Notes: generated by a model not told the origin, from the letters alone. A stretch of DNA of 64,000 bases from Tubiluchus corallicola (GCA_030141605.1 JAQGDQ010000026.1:682001-746000), one strand, 5' to 3'. Positions 1 to 14,223 are shown, numbered from the stretch's first letter. Translations and numbers: made by a program.

Positions 1-99
1 CAACATGACACCTAATGTCTAACCAGCAGATAAACTGATTGTGCTTTTTCATACACAAAAATCTGCAGAGTAGCAGTTGTTTTTACATGGAATTAAAAC

Positions 100-222
100 T
101 TTAGTTGTTGATTCAAAAACTAGAGGCCATGCTCTAAAATTTTATAAAGAGCGATCACATCTCAACATTCGTAAATATTCATTTACTATAAGTTGTGTGA
201 ACGAACGGAATAATTTGGTAGT
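100..222 (+). mobile_element. CR1-type LINE ORF2 C-terminal relic
   Basis: From 119 it translates TRGHALKFYKERSHLNIRKYSFTISCVNERNNL, matching the CR1-group TRGHxxKL...RLxxRKxxFxxRVVNxWNxL end motif. Confidence 0.7.
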
Positions 223-458
223 AAGCAGAGCTTAAGTGAGTATGACTGGCCGTTCTGCTTGATGTTAATTACTATGTGGCAAAACTCCCGTACAAGATAA
301 TTTAATTAATTTCTTTTATAGGAAACGCGGATTGTGACTGTCTCGTCGAACGCACACAGTAACTGGAGATCAGGTGACAAAGCCCACAAAGTTACATTAA
401 ACTGAGATAAACTGAATTTTACTCAGTTTTATCTTAAGACGGAGATAGTTTTAGGGGT

Positions 459-556
459 GACCGCTAATAAAGTCACAGGCAAAAGTCACAATTTTGGCTA
501 GGGTTACGGTTATTTCTTTTTTCCTGTGCCTTTTATCTGTGACTTTTTTACGCGTC
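459..556. mobile_element. Short inverted-repeat element (Helentron/HINE-like or MITE)
   Basis: AAAGTCACAGGCAAAAGTCACA (469-490) is imperfectly inverted at about 524-549; internal TAGGGTTACGGTTA motif. Confidence 0.45.
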
Positions 557-3500
557 AGGAATATTCTTCGATCACATTACGTAATTGCAATTCGTGATTC
601 CTTCTAGACTCACTCCGCCTCAATAATAACTAACTAGTCATCTATAGGGGCAGGTATCGTGTGCGTGTCTAGAAACGGTTAGTAAAACAATTCCGTTCCC
701 AAATGGTGAGAGTATAATGGAAACAATATCGCTTTTCTTATAAGTTTTTTTTTCGTCAAACTTGTTTGTCAGTTTTAGTTTGAAAAAACTAGTTTGATCG
801 TGCAAACAGCGAAACTGACAAACTTTTTGTATGGCAAACAAAGAAGGGAAATTTTGTCATCATTAATCCAGCAAGTGGTATAAATATGCAATTGAAGAGC
901 ACGCAAACAGCCGATTTGAGAAGTCTCGAAAAACGATTAGCTAAGAGTCTTAGAATATCATTTATTGCTTTTCGGTGATGGTATATGATTAAGAAAAATA
1001 CCCATCCAACCACATATTATCATAGCTTCTATTTCTTAAACTAGTCTGGATTCTGGAATGCGAAGCATTGCGTTACACGCTTGCCATACGAGCACGCGCA
1101 CGCAAGTTTTACTTGCACGAATATTTGTAAAATGTTTTATAATAACAATGCTGTTTCGGATGAAGCACTTCCGTCTCAACAATTTTTTCTGCAACACTGT
1201 TCTATTGTGACGTGACAATATTAAAAACACGCCACACCACCCACACAATACCTCAAGACAATAGCAACAACGAAAACAAATATTGCACAACTAAATGTTG
1301 AAACTGCGTGAAATAACAAACGCATACAATGATGATCAACAATGCGCAAACAATCTACATAATCCTTGAAATGGTGGTAGTAAGCTAGATATTAACAAAT
1401 TATAGATACGCATATACAAATTTGCGAAGATTTAGTATGCGCTGTTTGCCTTGCAATGAGTAAATGACAAAGTTGTGAACGAGAACGAACACACGAAAAC
1501 GGCTTTACGCAGTCAGTAACCCAAAAATATTTAATGTTTAATTCATGTTCGTAACTGCTAGGTTGACAACACAGCCCTTACAGAATGCGTGTGACCTTAT
1601 CAGAAGTTACCCGACAACCCGAGTCAATGCATTAAGCCATCATAAAACGTATGAAATAATTACGGTGACAAAGTGAAGCTAGACGAGCTCTGAAAAGGTG
1701 AAAATCACCATGGTAACAAATGAAAAATTCTCAGCAGCATCCTACGCAATAACCGAGATATGGTATCAATAAAAAGTGACGAAGCGGAGAGCTAACAGAA
1801 ACAAGTACACGGGCAAGTGTCAACCGTGAAATAGGAAATAAAAACAACCTAGCAGATTCCAAAATAAAATTCAAACAATTTTTACTGGCAATAACAACTG
1901 AAGACGCTGATGAACCTAATACCTCTTCAAACGCCAGTCAGTTACAAACTATAACCTGCTCAGTGACCAACAAACAATCTTACCAATTGAGAGGCCTAAC
2001 AGTTTTAAAAATGTCCGCATACTCTAAACTGTACAAAGCGTTTACGCTACACGTAAGCCATTATTAATGTAATATGAATATATTTAGACAAAAGTAATAA
2101 ATATCTCAATGATATAGGTCTGTTAGTTTAGTGGACTTTACAATTAGGAAAATTGTGTTTTTATTTAGCAAGGTAAAAGTTGGATACAGTTCCACGTGTT
2201 CTACCTGGAAAGCTTGTCTTGTATGGAATATCCACAAAACTCTAAAAAATTATTATTACGTCAACTTTGTCGCAATGCCAAGTTTATAACAAACCATTCT
2301 ATCGCGTAGCCACCTACAGGGAAAAAATACAGACATTTTCGATTTTATATTAGAAAGTGTATTTATAATTTAATGTTTGTTAATAGCGTAATTGTAGACT
2401 TATTAGTGGTTAAATTCTCTATAATACTTAATATGTTTCAACTTTTCCTTCTTTCTTGCAGCGTTTTGTATATATATATATATGTATATGTATGTATATA
2501 TGTATATATGTATTCTATATATTCACATAGAATATTCTTCCAAATAGAACCTCAATTCTGGAAGCTTGTTAAGATTACAGGTAAAAGCTTGACATCTTAG
2601 GGTCTTAATAAAACTAATTAAGCATGCCTCGCAAGGACACTGACAACAGAAATATTACTCATCTAAGCAGCTGCTGATTAAGGCTATTCAAGACGACTAT
2701 TTATTGACTAACAAGCGAAGCCATGGACTGCACTGAAACTGAACTACTAAAACAGTTTTGTTGTTTGCAATGATATTACATTTCAAATGTCAAAGCACGA
2801 AGCAATGTTTATCAATCATCATGATCGCCCGACCGAAATTCAAAGAGCTTACCGTGGTAAAAACAGTTATGCAGTAATAGCTTAGATGGCCACTGTGAAC
2901 GCAAACAGAACGTTATGAGATGCTCATCAAGCCTTACAATGAGGCAATAAATCCTAAGCGTGTGTCAGTAAAGAATAAACAAAGCAATGGCAAACAAAGC
3001 AAACAAAGCAACCGTAAGCATTAAAGTATCATTTTACAAATGCAAGATGAAAGGCTGAAAGCGGTGCAAGTAAGATAATTGCAATACACTCTTTGCAGCA
3101 GTCTCAGTAACAATATCATGTTTAATTTTTATAAATGGCTTTCTGACCAAAATCTAGCTCGACTATTTACTAAACTCTTGTACACTTTGCGTCTGGTTAA
3201 AGTTGAAAAATGATTTGTGAAGTGGATCACTGTATTCAGGATTTTGTATAAGTGTATTTATATCTTTTATACTTTCTAAACAACGGATCATTAAACATAT
3301 TACACCTTTTTTACAGTCAATTTGTTTTTATATTTTTCATGTTTGACTTCTGGCTATTTAGTTTCATGTTTAAAAAAGTCCTTATAGAAGCCATATGCAG
3401 ATCTTTGACTACCCATGCCTTACTGAATGAGTGCAATAACATCATGGCGAAACAAAGCTCTTTATAGGTTACTTCGTAAGCGAGTAACTAAACATTTACC

Positions 3501-5701
3501 ACGTTGTTACGTTATTTCTTCAAATTGACAATTCAGGTGCATACACAAGATTTACATTACAGCATGAGCAATTGAACATCTCTAAAATTTCCTTCCCACA
3601 TTTATGTTCCACAGTTATAATTAGATCAATTCAACAAAACTAAAATGTACATTCTTCAAATAACATAATCGCGTTCTTAATCATATCCCATAAATCACAT
3701 ATAATGAACGCACAAAATGATTTCTTTTAATGTGTAGCGAATAGGGAAGCAGTTTCCTAGTAAATAATTTCAGGAAAAAACTGAAGTTATAAATCTCGAT
3801 GTTCCAGCATCTGAAAAGGAAAAGATGCTTTAACGAACAGTAGTAGGCAGCTACTACTGCAAGGAAAATAAAAGGGCACAAAACTTCACCTTCATTGCAG
3901 AAAAGGTAGCAAGCCAATTTGTGCCCCATTTAAAGCTAATTTAAGATTTATATCAGGGATGTGAGATGCTCGTTAATGAACAACTTTGCAGTGAGCAATT
4001 TTTAGAAGCCAGACAAACAGAATAAATCCATAAACAGCAAAAATATTGAATTTAGTAGATCTACCATTGACGAACCATAATTTCACGTGGGTGCAGCTCC
4101 TGAACCTCGAGGAACACCAGGATTTATTTCGGACAAGGAAGGAGACTGCCTTTCAGAAACAACAAGTTATCCGAAATTGTTGAGATGCCACATGACTGAG
4201 ATGGTGTGAAGTACAGCTTTTTGACAGAGCTTATGGAACTTATATGTCACAGGCTATTATGTAATCTCTCTCTTAAGCACCACAGGCCTGTATTAGGATA
4301 CTCGTGGTCGTAGGCTGGATTACCCACGTGCGTATCAGCAGTAGAGCGAGAACAGCAATGCTATGTTACAAAGGTCTTTAAGCATTGAAAAATACACTGA
4401 TTACAACTGTTACTACAATTGCAAATAGATTTCCTGTTTTTTAAAACACCTACTGGTTTACAAAATACCCTTCAAGTGAAAATAGTTTCCAGCAAAAATT
4501 TAAACCGCGTCTAATCTACGACTAATTTGAATGCAGGATTCCTTTAGACTTCCACTTCGAGGCTCATAGTTTTACTCAAATTGACTGGAAGCCAAAATAA
4601 CAAAGAACCAGCTCGCAGAAAGTAAGCATTATCAAAAAATTCGTAATTTAGAAGCTACAAAATAAAGGTATAGTAAAATTCTTGAAACTCACCCTACAAT
4701 GGACTTCCAACGCACAACCTGCACAGCACACGACCAAATACACAGAACGAATATGCGGCAAAGTCAAAATGGCTGCACCACACCATGCTAGAACAATCAA
4801 TACTTTCCCCAAGCTTCTACAGAACATGCCAGTGCCATGCAAGGATCGATTAGGAAATGATCGATACCCACAACGGTCACGTATTGACATCTTCCAGGAA
4901 CTGTGCGTGGGAATCCAATTTGACTTATGCCAGGTTCTATTTGAGATGGCCTCAGTGTTTTGGCATCGTCAGCATTGGACATGTCAAAACTTCTGTTTCC
5001 CATGTCAGTGATTTTGCAGAAGAAAACCTGTTCTGCAATTCGACGGTAAAAAACCTGTCCTATTGCTGCCAAAATAAAGCCACATTAACCTCAAAATCTA
5101 ATTACAACGGTAAACCTATTTAAGAGTAGTGCAGGCCCGCAGGGAGCACATAAGCATGACATTGTTTATAAGACAAATTGAATCTCGTAAGAATGGCACA
5201 TTTCTCATTAGATAAAATGTTCAGATTATGCCACATTTTCCATCTGCGTCTTTGTAGTGTCAAACAGTGACACTTGAACCGTTATAAAAGAGGCGATATT
5301 GACGCAGTGAAGGCATCTATACAAGATACTCAATGTCTCAACTACGCGCTGTAATGGAAAACAAACTGCGGTGAAGCCAGTGGCTACAATTACTACCGCA
5401 ATGACTGCACAGAGACCTAGTTCAATTAGTTTAGAGAGTCATAACACTTGACAAGAGCTTGCACTAGCGATAATGCAAACACGAGTACGGAATAGCGATG
5501 ACAATATACTGGTTATTATAGATTTATAATCACGATTTCAAAGTGAACCCGACAATTAAAATGAGAAAATCACAAGCAGAATAGCCAGCTTTCTGCGCCT
5601 GAGTGTAGCTATAACTAATCGTTCACTCCATTTTTGGTTCAACGTGCGAAAACAATTAGGTTATACATGTAGTTTTAATGTCAACTTTATCAGTATGTTT
5701 A

Positions 5702-5767
5702 AACACACGCACGTACGCACGCACTCACGCGCGCGCGCACAGACACACACACACACACACACACACA
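5702..5767. repeat. (CA)n/(CG)n alternating purine-pyrimidine microsatellite
   Basis: acacacgcacgtacgcacgc...gcgcgcgcacagacacacac. Confidence 0.9.
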
Positions 5768-6470
5768 GTTCTCATTTAGTACACATTTTATTTACACCGT
5801 GTAAGCTTTAAAGACCGAGAATTTCGATATTTCGATCTGACTTCACAAGCTAGCAAATGAATTATTAGAAACTGTGTTACTACGACTAGCCGTTAGTGCA
5901 TGCAGCAACATATTCACATTAAATCAATACAACAAACACATTACACGTCTAATCTAACATTCACAACTACTCCATTGGGAAATTAATGCTACAAATTAAA
6001 CCCCTCAGGCTAATTAATAATTAATGCAAGACTGCAAGCCAAGTTATTTCATACAGCACGATACGCTGGCTTCCCAGACGGGGAAAACTTTCCAGGTTTG
6101 AACGCTGGATGGCGGCACGATCCAGCGCAATATAAATGGAGCGGAGCCTGTTGAATTACTAAACAAAAATAATTTTAAAACCGAATAAATTAACAAACTG
6201 ACTTCAAGAAGCATAAAGATTACAAAACGATAAATTTCAAACACCAGAGAGTCCCATCGCACTTTGTACTTTTTAAAGACAAAATATATTTAATATCGAA
6301 CAACCGCAAGACCACACGTAGATAGCTACGTAATACGTATTACATTAAAATTGAGTGGTACTATGACAGCAGAAGTCTTTTTCCTGAATGCTCCTGTATA
6401 TAAGCCTAGCTCCTAACTCGTCTTAAAGGGACCGGTTGAGCATTTGAACACCTTTTAAACTGAAGTTTTC

Positions 6471-6560
6471 GTCAGTGCGGGTGGCCGAGTGGTCAAGCTA
6501 ACGGACTGTGAGTGTTTCTCTGTTTGCAGCCCGGGTGAAAACACAAACCTTTTGCATGCT
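6471..6560 (+). mobile_element. tRNA-derived SINE head or tRNA pseudogene relic
   Basis: GTCAGTGCGGGTGGCCGAGTGGTCAAG contains a Pol III A-box (TGGCCGAGTGG); the B-box is degraded and no cloverleaf can be completed. Confidence 0.45.
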
Positions 6561-7715
6561 TGTGTCTTGATAGACTCATGATTTTTTTAGTTTAGGTTAT
6601 TATAATTTGGGTATTATTCCTAAGTTAATATTGAGTATAAATATAACTAAGCATAAGCATAGGCCTAAAAGTATAAATATTTTGTTTTTAGACACTTTTA
6701 TTAGTCTCTATCCTATACAATTAGGTGAATTATTGTTTGCACTTATTTGAAAATCACTCATATCAAGGACAAGGACAAGTTGGCAACTTCAAATTTTCAG
6801 GCCAAATTCTGCCCCTCCTCCTCTCCCCTTGTGAAATTTCCACCCATACATATATGGGTCTGTTACAGACAATATGAGAAATTAACAATGTGGCTTCAAC
6901 ACACGTAAACTAAAGGCAACAGCTAGTGTACAAGCACTACAGTGAACACAAATGGCCAAGCCAGTGACTTGTTAGTACCTCTTTGGTTTACTTACGCCAA
7001 GCCCATTCAAAATCGCAAAAGCAGAGGAAATCTAACAATTGATTAAGATTCCCGTTCTAGAACTTAGTCATTGTCATTTTACAATGTTGAACAAATTACC
7101 AAATCACCAATTAATGTTGAAACCAAATGATATACACTGTATGCAATAATGCAAAAATCAGAACCCTGAATTTGAGCGCAAGTTTACCTAGCGCTGTTGA
7201 ATCAGGTGTTCTTGGACACAAAACCGTTTAGCCTGCTTGTCAACAGCTATTGTAACAACGACTCTCTGGGGTTCAAAAAAGTACAGGTATCAGATGTTCT
7301 TGCCATCACTATCAAGTTTACAATGGCTGTTGCATTAAATTACCAAGAAGCCAAGCAGCTTTCAAGAATTAATGAAATTCCCACTGGTAATGTTGCTGCT
7401 TAGCAAAAACACCCCGCAGTAAGTGTAACTGATAATATGAAAAACCGAAATTGACAGGTAATTCTCTTAAAAGGAATTTCTGGGCTTATGTCAGCAGTAG
7501 AGGAGAAAATTACTCACGCGATCTGCTGTTCGTAAGTCCAAAAGGGCAAGCGTTCTTGAGAAGCACTTGTTATCGTGGCTTTAATTTGTTACAGCACTCG
7601 ACTACTTCTCTTTCTAATGCATATTTCACAAATGAATAAATGTTTGATTGAATGAATGAATTCATAGGTGAATAAATGAGTGGATGAGTGGAGTGAGAGA
7701 ATTAGGACAGAGAGA

Positions 7716-9359
7716 TTTTTTATTATTATAAGTATTTTTATTAAACAACAAATACACTGTCCCCTCTATTTGCAGGGGTTCGTTTACAAAATATAGCTAT
7801 TTAAGATAACAATATTATACATAATGCCAATTTTGTACATACGTAGATACTCTAGTAGTAGTGTTTCAGTTTGCTAACTTTTATATAACTTTTACATATA
7901 TACATCAAACCACAATTTTAACTTTCACAAAACCTATTAAGAATAAATTTAAAATATATACCGATTTTACACTATAATTTATATGACGATTTCATTTTAA
8001 CGCAGTGCATGTTTTCTGTAAATATAATTTGAATTAATTTATAACAATTTTTCCGCACAACATCTCTAACAATATTTACATACGCCTGGCATACATCTTT
8101 ATCTCTTTTTAGATAAATCTCGCTTATGTTCACTGAGGGCGGAACTTATCTTAAATTTATTCGAAATTGTTGGTCTACCAAGTCACAGTCAAATACAATG
8201 TGTTCTGGTGTTTGAGGAGTTGCATTATTACAATGACAGCAATCTGTATTTTGTATACCGAAATGATTTAATTCCTCTATTTCAAAGCAAGTTTAATGGA
8301 GTTGTTTCAATAAGCCTTTCGTAATGCGTTAGTGGTAAACACAGCGGCGTTAAGGTCTATCTTGTGGTAAATTTGCTATTTCCTAATTGGGTACAATAAT
8401 AAAATCTTCTTTCCCATTGGGTTGTTAAAATTTCGAGCCATCATTTTTACTATAAATAAAGTTTTCCCTAGGGAGATTTAACAATATCTTGTTTCTCCCA
8501 TTTATGTCCTTTGTAATCTTCAAGAAAGACTTGGTAGTTGCCCGTTGAATTTTTACGGGACGCACACAATATCTAGCACTTTTGGCATGGTTTCACATAG
8601 AGCTATTTCCTTCTTAAGTAGATCATTTTCTGGATTGGCTAATATTTTTAACATAAATTTACTACATATATTATCATACGTTATATCAATGAGAGGGACA
8701 CCACAAATATGCTGGATTTCATTTTTGCTAAGATTGTAACCTACACCCGCTGCTGTTTTGATAACATCATACCACAGGTCTTCGAAATAACTATGCTTTT
8801 TGACCATACGGCAGGTACAACAATTATTTCAAACACCTTTATAATGGTGGATATTTTCATACCTTTATACTTAAAAGATAACTGTTTAATGTTGTAACCT
8901 TTTTTCCAAGCCTTTTGTCTAATTTTAGCAATATGTTTATCGGAACTTATTTGTTTGTCGACAGTTACTACCAGACATTTAGTATCATTTACATAACTTA
9001 TCGACTTTTGCCCAATTTTAAGCGATGGTATGGTATTTTCATTTACATTAACAAATATAACAGCCTCAGTCTTGTCTGCATCACAATTTAAAATCGGTCT
9101 CCACTTTTGGCACCAATCGTACAATTTATCACAACATTGCTGTGCAATATCCTGACAGACCTGAGCAGAAACAGCAGAAATATAAACTGTGCCATCATCG
9201 GCATATTTAAACTTAGCTAAGTTTAGATTAAAATCCAGTTCATTAAACATGTCTGCCACGTGGAATACAAACAACAAAGGGGACAAAACCGAGCCTTGAG
9301 GGACTCCTATATGGCATTGATATTCTACTGATATAAATTCATTTACCTTCATCACAATT
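7716..9359 (-). mobile_element. 5'-truncated, frameshifted non-LTR retrotransposon (RT C-half, CCHC zinc finger, 3' UTR, tail)
   Basis: ORF 8741-9355 has GVPQGSVLSPLLF, YADD and KTEAVIF. About 8185-8245 reads CCHCNNATPQTPEHIVFDC. The 3' end has a CCCCT/AGGGG hairpin (7761-7778), AATAAA (7737-7742) and a (TAA)/A tail. Confidence 0.92.
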
Positions 9360-9731
9360 GAGAGAGAGAGAGAGAGAGCATCACGTTAAACTCGCAAACG
9401 TTGGTTTTACTAAACAGTTATTATGCTTTAACTTTCAAATGAAATGGTAATGCAAGAGGGGAATGTTTAAATAACATGCACTGAAAAGAGATTTCTTCAC
9501 AATGTAATAAAATTCGGAAAAGGGTTTAGATGAAATTAACATATCTAGAAAAGACAATATGTTTGGTAAGGTGACGCACGTACTGGTGAAATGACATTGA
9601 AAACAAAATTCAATGAGATTAAGACGTATAGAGAGTACGCAACTATGAAATACATTAAAAATTCCCGATATGGTGATCTAGAATAGACAGTGACAGTGGT
9701 TGCGGAGATAACCTTTTTAGCTTTTATGATT

Positions 9732-9818
9732 ACACACACACACGCGCGGCACGCACGCACACGCACACACACACGCACACATACGCGCGCGCGCACACAC
9801 AATATGTGCGTGTGTATG
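9732..9818. repeat. (CA)n/(CG)n microsatellite
   Basis: acacacacacacgcgcggcacgcacgcacac...gcgcgcgcgcacacac. Confidence 0.9.
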
Positions 9819-12800
9819 TAAATGCCCATTACAGCAGAGGCGGAACATCAGCTCACAAGCTTCAAAAGTGTCACAAGGTTCATACATGTAATTGATCAAA
9901 GTAGATACGGGTAACTAATGTGCAAAAAGTGGACATAATGTAATTTCGATTTAGATTAACAAGTCTGAACACCACCAGAAACAACTAAACAAAGCATTAA
10001 AGTCAAACAATATAGAAATTACTCAGTAGATTTTATGTTCATGTTGATATATGCACCATCCGTAAATGCAGTGTCAAGTACTTGCGTTGCTGTTCTTGTT
10101 CTTCGCAAAAAGTGCTAAGGCTTCGTAATGAGCGGTCGAATCACGTTAGGCAGCGTGTTTACTGGGGAAATACGCCGCAGTAAGGCCCAGAGAGGGGAGA
10201 GCTTTTCTGTACTTTCCCTCTTTAGGGAGAACGTTTGGAGGATAACCTACAAAAATAACAAAGTGCCACTGCAGGCTCCGCCAACGGAATTTAATAAAGA
10301 TAAACTGGGCTATCATCCACGAGTTCGTCAATCATATTTATGTTTCTGTCTTTGTGAAATAGCATACGTCTGTGCATGCCGTAGCGAGGGCGTAACGGAA
10401 CCCGAATTCCGATTTTCCCCCAGGGTTTGGAAACGGTAACGGTCGGTGTATTACCCGGATGATTAGAAACTCGTTTGACTCAAATATCTGAAGAACTTCT
10501 TGACACTGTCTATTCTAACATTCCATATGCGCAGCATGCATACTGGCTCAGCTTAGATGAGCGCAGCTTCTTTGGCTGATCATAAATATCCAGCCTATGT
10601 TTTGCGAAGATGAATTATTAATGAGTACCATTAGCAACCGAAGCCATTTTGTCTTATCTCTAGTTGGGCATGCAGTTGTCCACTGAGGACAAGCAGACAG
10701 TAGAGAACTGGACTGGCTTCAAACATAAATGAAGCCGCTGGGGAAATCAATGTCCACCGAAACTGGGCAACACTGAAAGTTTGTAACATAGAGAGTTTAC
10801 TTAGTGTCAAAAAGATGTCTTCTACTGAAATCAATCTGTGGATGTGGCGCCATTTGCGGTAGTGCTACTGATCTTAGTATAAAATGCCCTAATATAGTTC
10901 AGTCCGTAAGCACAAGCATCGAACATTTACCGCTTAAGTCCTCTAACACAAACATGTAATAGAAAGTGTACTAAGAACGCTTAAGTACGTGGACTAGTGT
11001 ACATCTCTGACATTCTTCTTTAAGGGTGCCAAAGTTGCAGGTACCGAGTTCGTGCTGAGGTGCTGACAAAGTGTGAAATCCAAAAAAGAAACTATATAGC
11101 AGAGGTGTGGTGAAAGTCACGATGAGCCTCTGCAGCTACTACAGCTAATAAAAAGGCAAAAATCATAAACCCCAGTTGTTTAAAACAGTAATCACACAGA
11201 AACACGGACTATATCAATATCTATCATTGCAGTAAAGTTTATAAATTCAATAAACTGTACACTGGAGTTTGAATCTATATCATCTAGACATATAGGACGT
11301 AGTTTATAGTGTCGTTTTACATCATAATATAATTTTAAGGTATTTTCAATGCATACAAGTACAAGGTGGTACGTAACCTTTCGCTAGGAAGTATAAAAAA
11401 CATGGTGCAATAGAACAGATCAATTTATTATGTACATCAAAGTACATCATGACCTGAAAGTTTAGTGAGGAAGCCTCGCATAAGTTTCACATAGGTTTGA
11501 GGTCCTGTAAATTTCCGGTTAGATCAGGTTGTCAGGTTACTGCTGTGATCATACCTTCAAGATAGCTATTTGAGACGCGCGAGACTGTTACATCAAATTT
11601 TGATGGCACGACATGATGATAAATTGTCTATTGTTTCTGCAATATTTTGCTGCATTAAATTTTTCGGTATTGTTACTCGAGGCTTTTGCTCCGCCATGGC
11701 AAAAAGGGGGATACATACTACCCTGCATAATATCATTTCGGGGTTGTTTCAGTTGAAGCTGCGCTTGTAAGTCTATTCGTAGGTACACGCATGTTTATCG
11801 CTGTGGCTTTCAATTTGGTTTGACAACAGAAGCTGCATCATTTTTCATTAAGCCAGTGTTAATATGTGAACTGTGAAGCTATTCTTTTGTGAAACATTGC
11901 TGTTCACTGTAGTCTAAATCCAGTGCTGTGTGTGGTTTCTCTGATGTCTCTATGCCATTCATCGTTTTACTAATTTCCTCATTTCCAATAAAAGTTGTAA
12001 GGCAGGTGTGATACCGATGCACAGATACGCCAGATTATGCTTTACAACATTTTTCTGTGTGGGTCTCTGAGAGGTTATATTTGCCCACAGACTGTACATT
12101 TAGGAGTTTATGCGCTAATGAATTTAATAAAATTTGACATTTAGACCTAGTAATCAAGCTCAGCATAATTGCAGATCAAAATAATTTTGTTAAATCCATT
12201 ATGTAGTGGCTAAATTTATACATACATACATATATACATGTACTAGAAAACAGTTTGTGACGAAATCATAAACTTAAGATTTTGCAAGTAATGTAATGTA
12301 ACGTGATGTAATGCGGGTATCACCAGCCCCTATGCCACCGTCTACTCAAGTGTCGACCCGAATGGTAGATTTTTTGGTAGAAGTGACTTTGGTGATACTA
12401 AGCAATCTTAATAGTGTACCTTTCAAGTCATTCAGTGTCATGACAGAAAAAGAATAATAAGAAAGTAAATTGGCAGAAATGGGTACTCGCACTCCTAATA
12501 CAGTTCTGAAACCTCAGAAAATTGACTTTTCCTTTTCTTCTCCACCTAACAATCAACGTAATGACCATGCCCACTATAGTTATTATACAACATTGCAAAA
12601 AAATCCGACAGTCATTCGTCTCCTTGATTGCTTTATTATTACGGCATCTGGTAAGTTCGCTCTAAGCCTCTCTAGTATACTCAGTAAATGCCTCAACATG
12701 TCAACGTAATCGCCTTTATTGATCGGCAAATGTTGGTTAGCTTTTGAAACGTATAAGTCACTCATCAAACTTGAGAATATCATTTTATATAAACATTTAG

Positions 12801-13199
12801 TCCTAATCATAGCAGGCAAAGCTGGAAAGCTTGTGTGCATAACTGGCTGGTAAGTGATTTTTTGCATATATAAAATTTTTGGTATGTTAACGAAGCAACC
12901 AACACTTTTTGGCAATAACCTATGGTTTTAGCAAAAAAGGTACTAAGATCACATGCACCGATACTAGTCAGGCAGTAATCACAAGTTCATAAAATCAACA
13001 GTCTGTTAGTTCTAGCCTCAAAAATTCATTATTTTACGTGCAAAATAGCAACACACAAACGTCAGATGTAATAAAAATACCACCCACATATAAGAGTCTA
13101 TAAACCCAGTTTTAAGCTTCCAAATATATTTTGTAAGCAATCTTTTATTTTATTCGATTTTATTGTGTCAAGTGTAACATTCCTTCTCTGACCAGCAAT

Positions 13200-13590
13200 A
13201 GCAATTTGTGGTGTATCGCAAGGGTCAATCATAGCATCCTTCTTGTTTGTGATACATCACCGATATACACAACATCCAATACAATAAAAATAACACAATT
13301 TGCAGACGACACGATCATCTTCTTAGGCTTTGATGCTTTCTTCGGAAATAATATGAATACAACCTTGAGTGACCTATCTAAATGGTTCAAGGTTTATTAA
13401 CAATTTTCAGCCAATTCTACATTACAATACTAGATTTAAAGAGCATAAGGTGGTCTTGTGCAGGACTAATGTGAAACATTTCCTTTCACTTGTTGGTCCT
13501 ATCAAGCGGAACAAAGCACCTGCTAATATTGTCAATTTCTTCCAACCAAGTTTCAAGAAAAGTTTATTCTTAGATTCATATTAAAAGCTC
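13200..13590 (+). mobile_element. Degraded, internally deleted L2/Crack-like LINE relic
   Basis: From 13207 CGVSQGSIIASFLF, then ITQFADDTIIF and LSKWF, followed directly by the C-terminal motifs HYNTR..RTN..F..VGP...N..P...SFKK. Confidence 0.75.
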
Positions 13591-14155
13591 AGCATGTATT
13601 GCATCTATCATAAGCTCACATTCACAGCGCACGACAGACTGGCGTACAGTTTACTTCTGCAAATAAATGTAAATATTTTTGTGATGTCCTTAAATAGCAA
13701 TTTCAGTCTCATTCGTTCACATCATTTCACTAATCTAACCTTATTGATTCCCGCCTCCTGCAATCTTCATTAACATTTTCATCTTTTTTGTCTTTCTTTG
13801 CTACACCCAACACCTGCATGATTTTAAAATTGCATTATAGTCGCACAAGCACTGCTTTAGGACTATAATGCAAGCAACAATTTACGTAGATGTCATTAAA
13901 ATATTACTATAACAATGAAATTGAACGTAGTTTGACAATCATTATCGTGTTGCCTTATATATTGTATCGCTGTTTAATGTTGTCAAATAAAATAAAAAAT
14001 AAAATATTTTTTGAATATATCAACTGCTCCTGTTTCAACTGAATCACTTAATCAATGTAAGCTATACTCAAAAAATATTTTACTTTTATATTTTTTATAG
14101 ATGTTTTATTCATATTTTTATATTTTATGTTCTATATATATATATAATATATATA

Positions 14156-14223
14156 TTATTTCAGTTTTTTGCTTAATCAGTATATCATATATGATATACT
14201 GATTAAGCAAAAAACTGAAATAA
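14156..14223. repeat. Perfect 68-bp spacerless palindrome
   Basis: All 34 base pairs around the centre 14189/14190 are complementary (checked base by base). Confidence 0.97.

Noticed and set aside
4500-5123. Overlapping ORFs, with a possible very old CR1 relic on the minus strand (ADDAK)
   Set aside because: Motifs are too degraded to support a call by eye; a profile search is needed.
6471-6560. Functional tRNA gene
   Set aside because: Only the A-box/D-arm is recognisable; there is no TTC T-loop and no acceptor-stem pairing.
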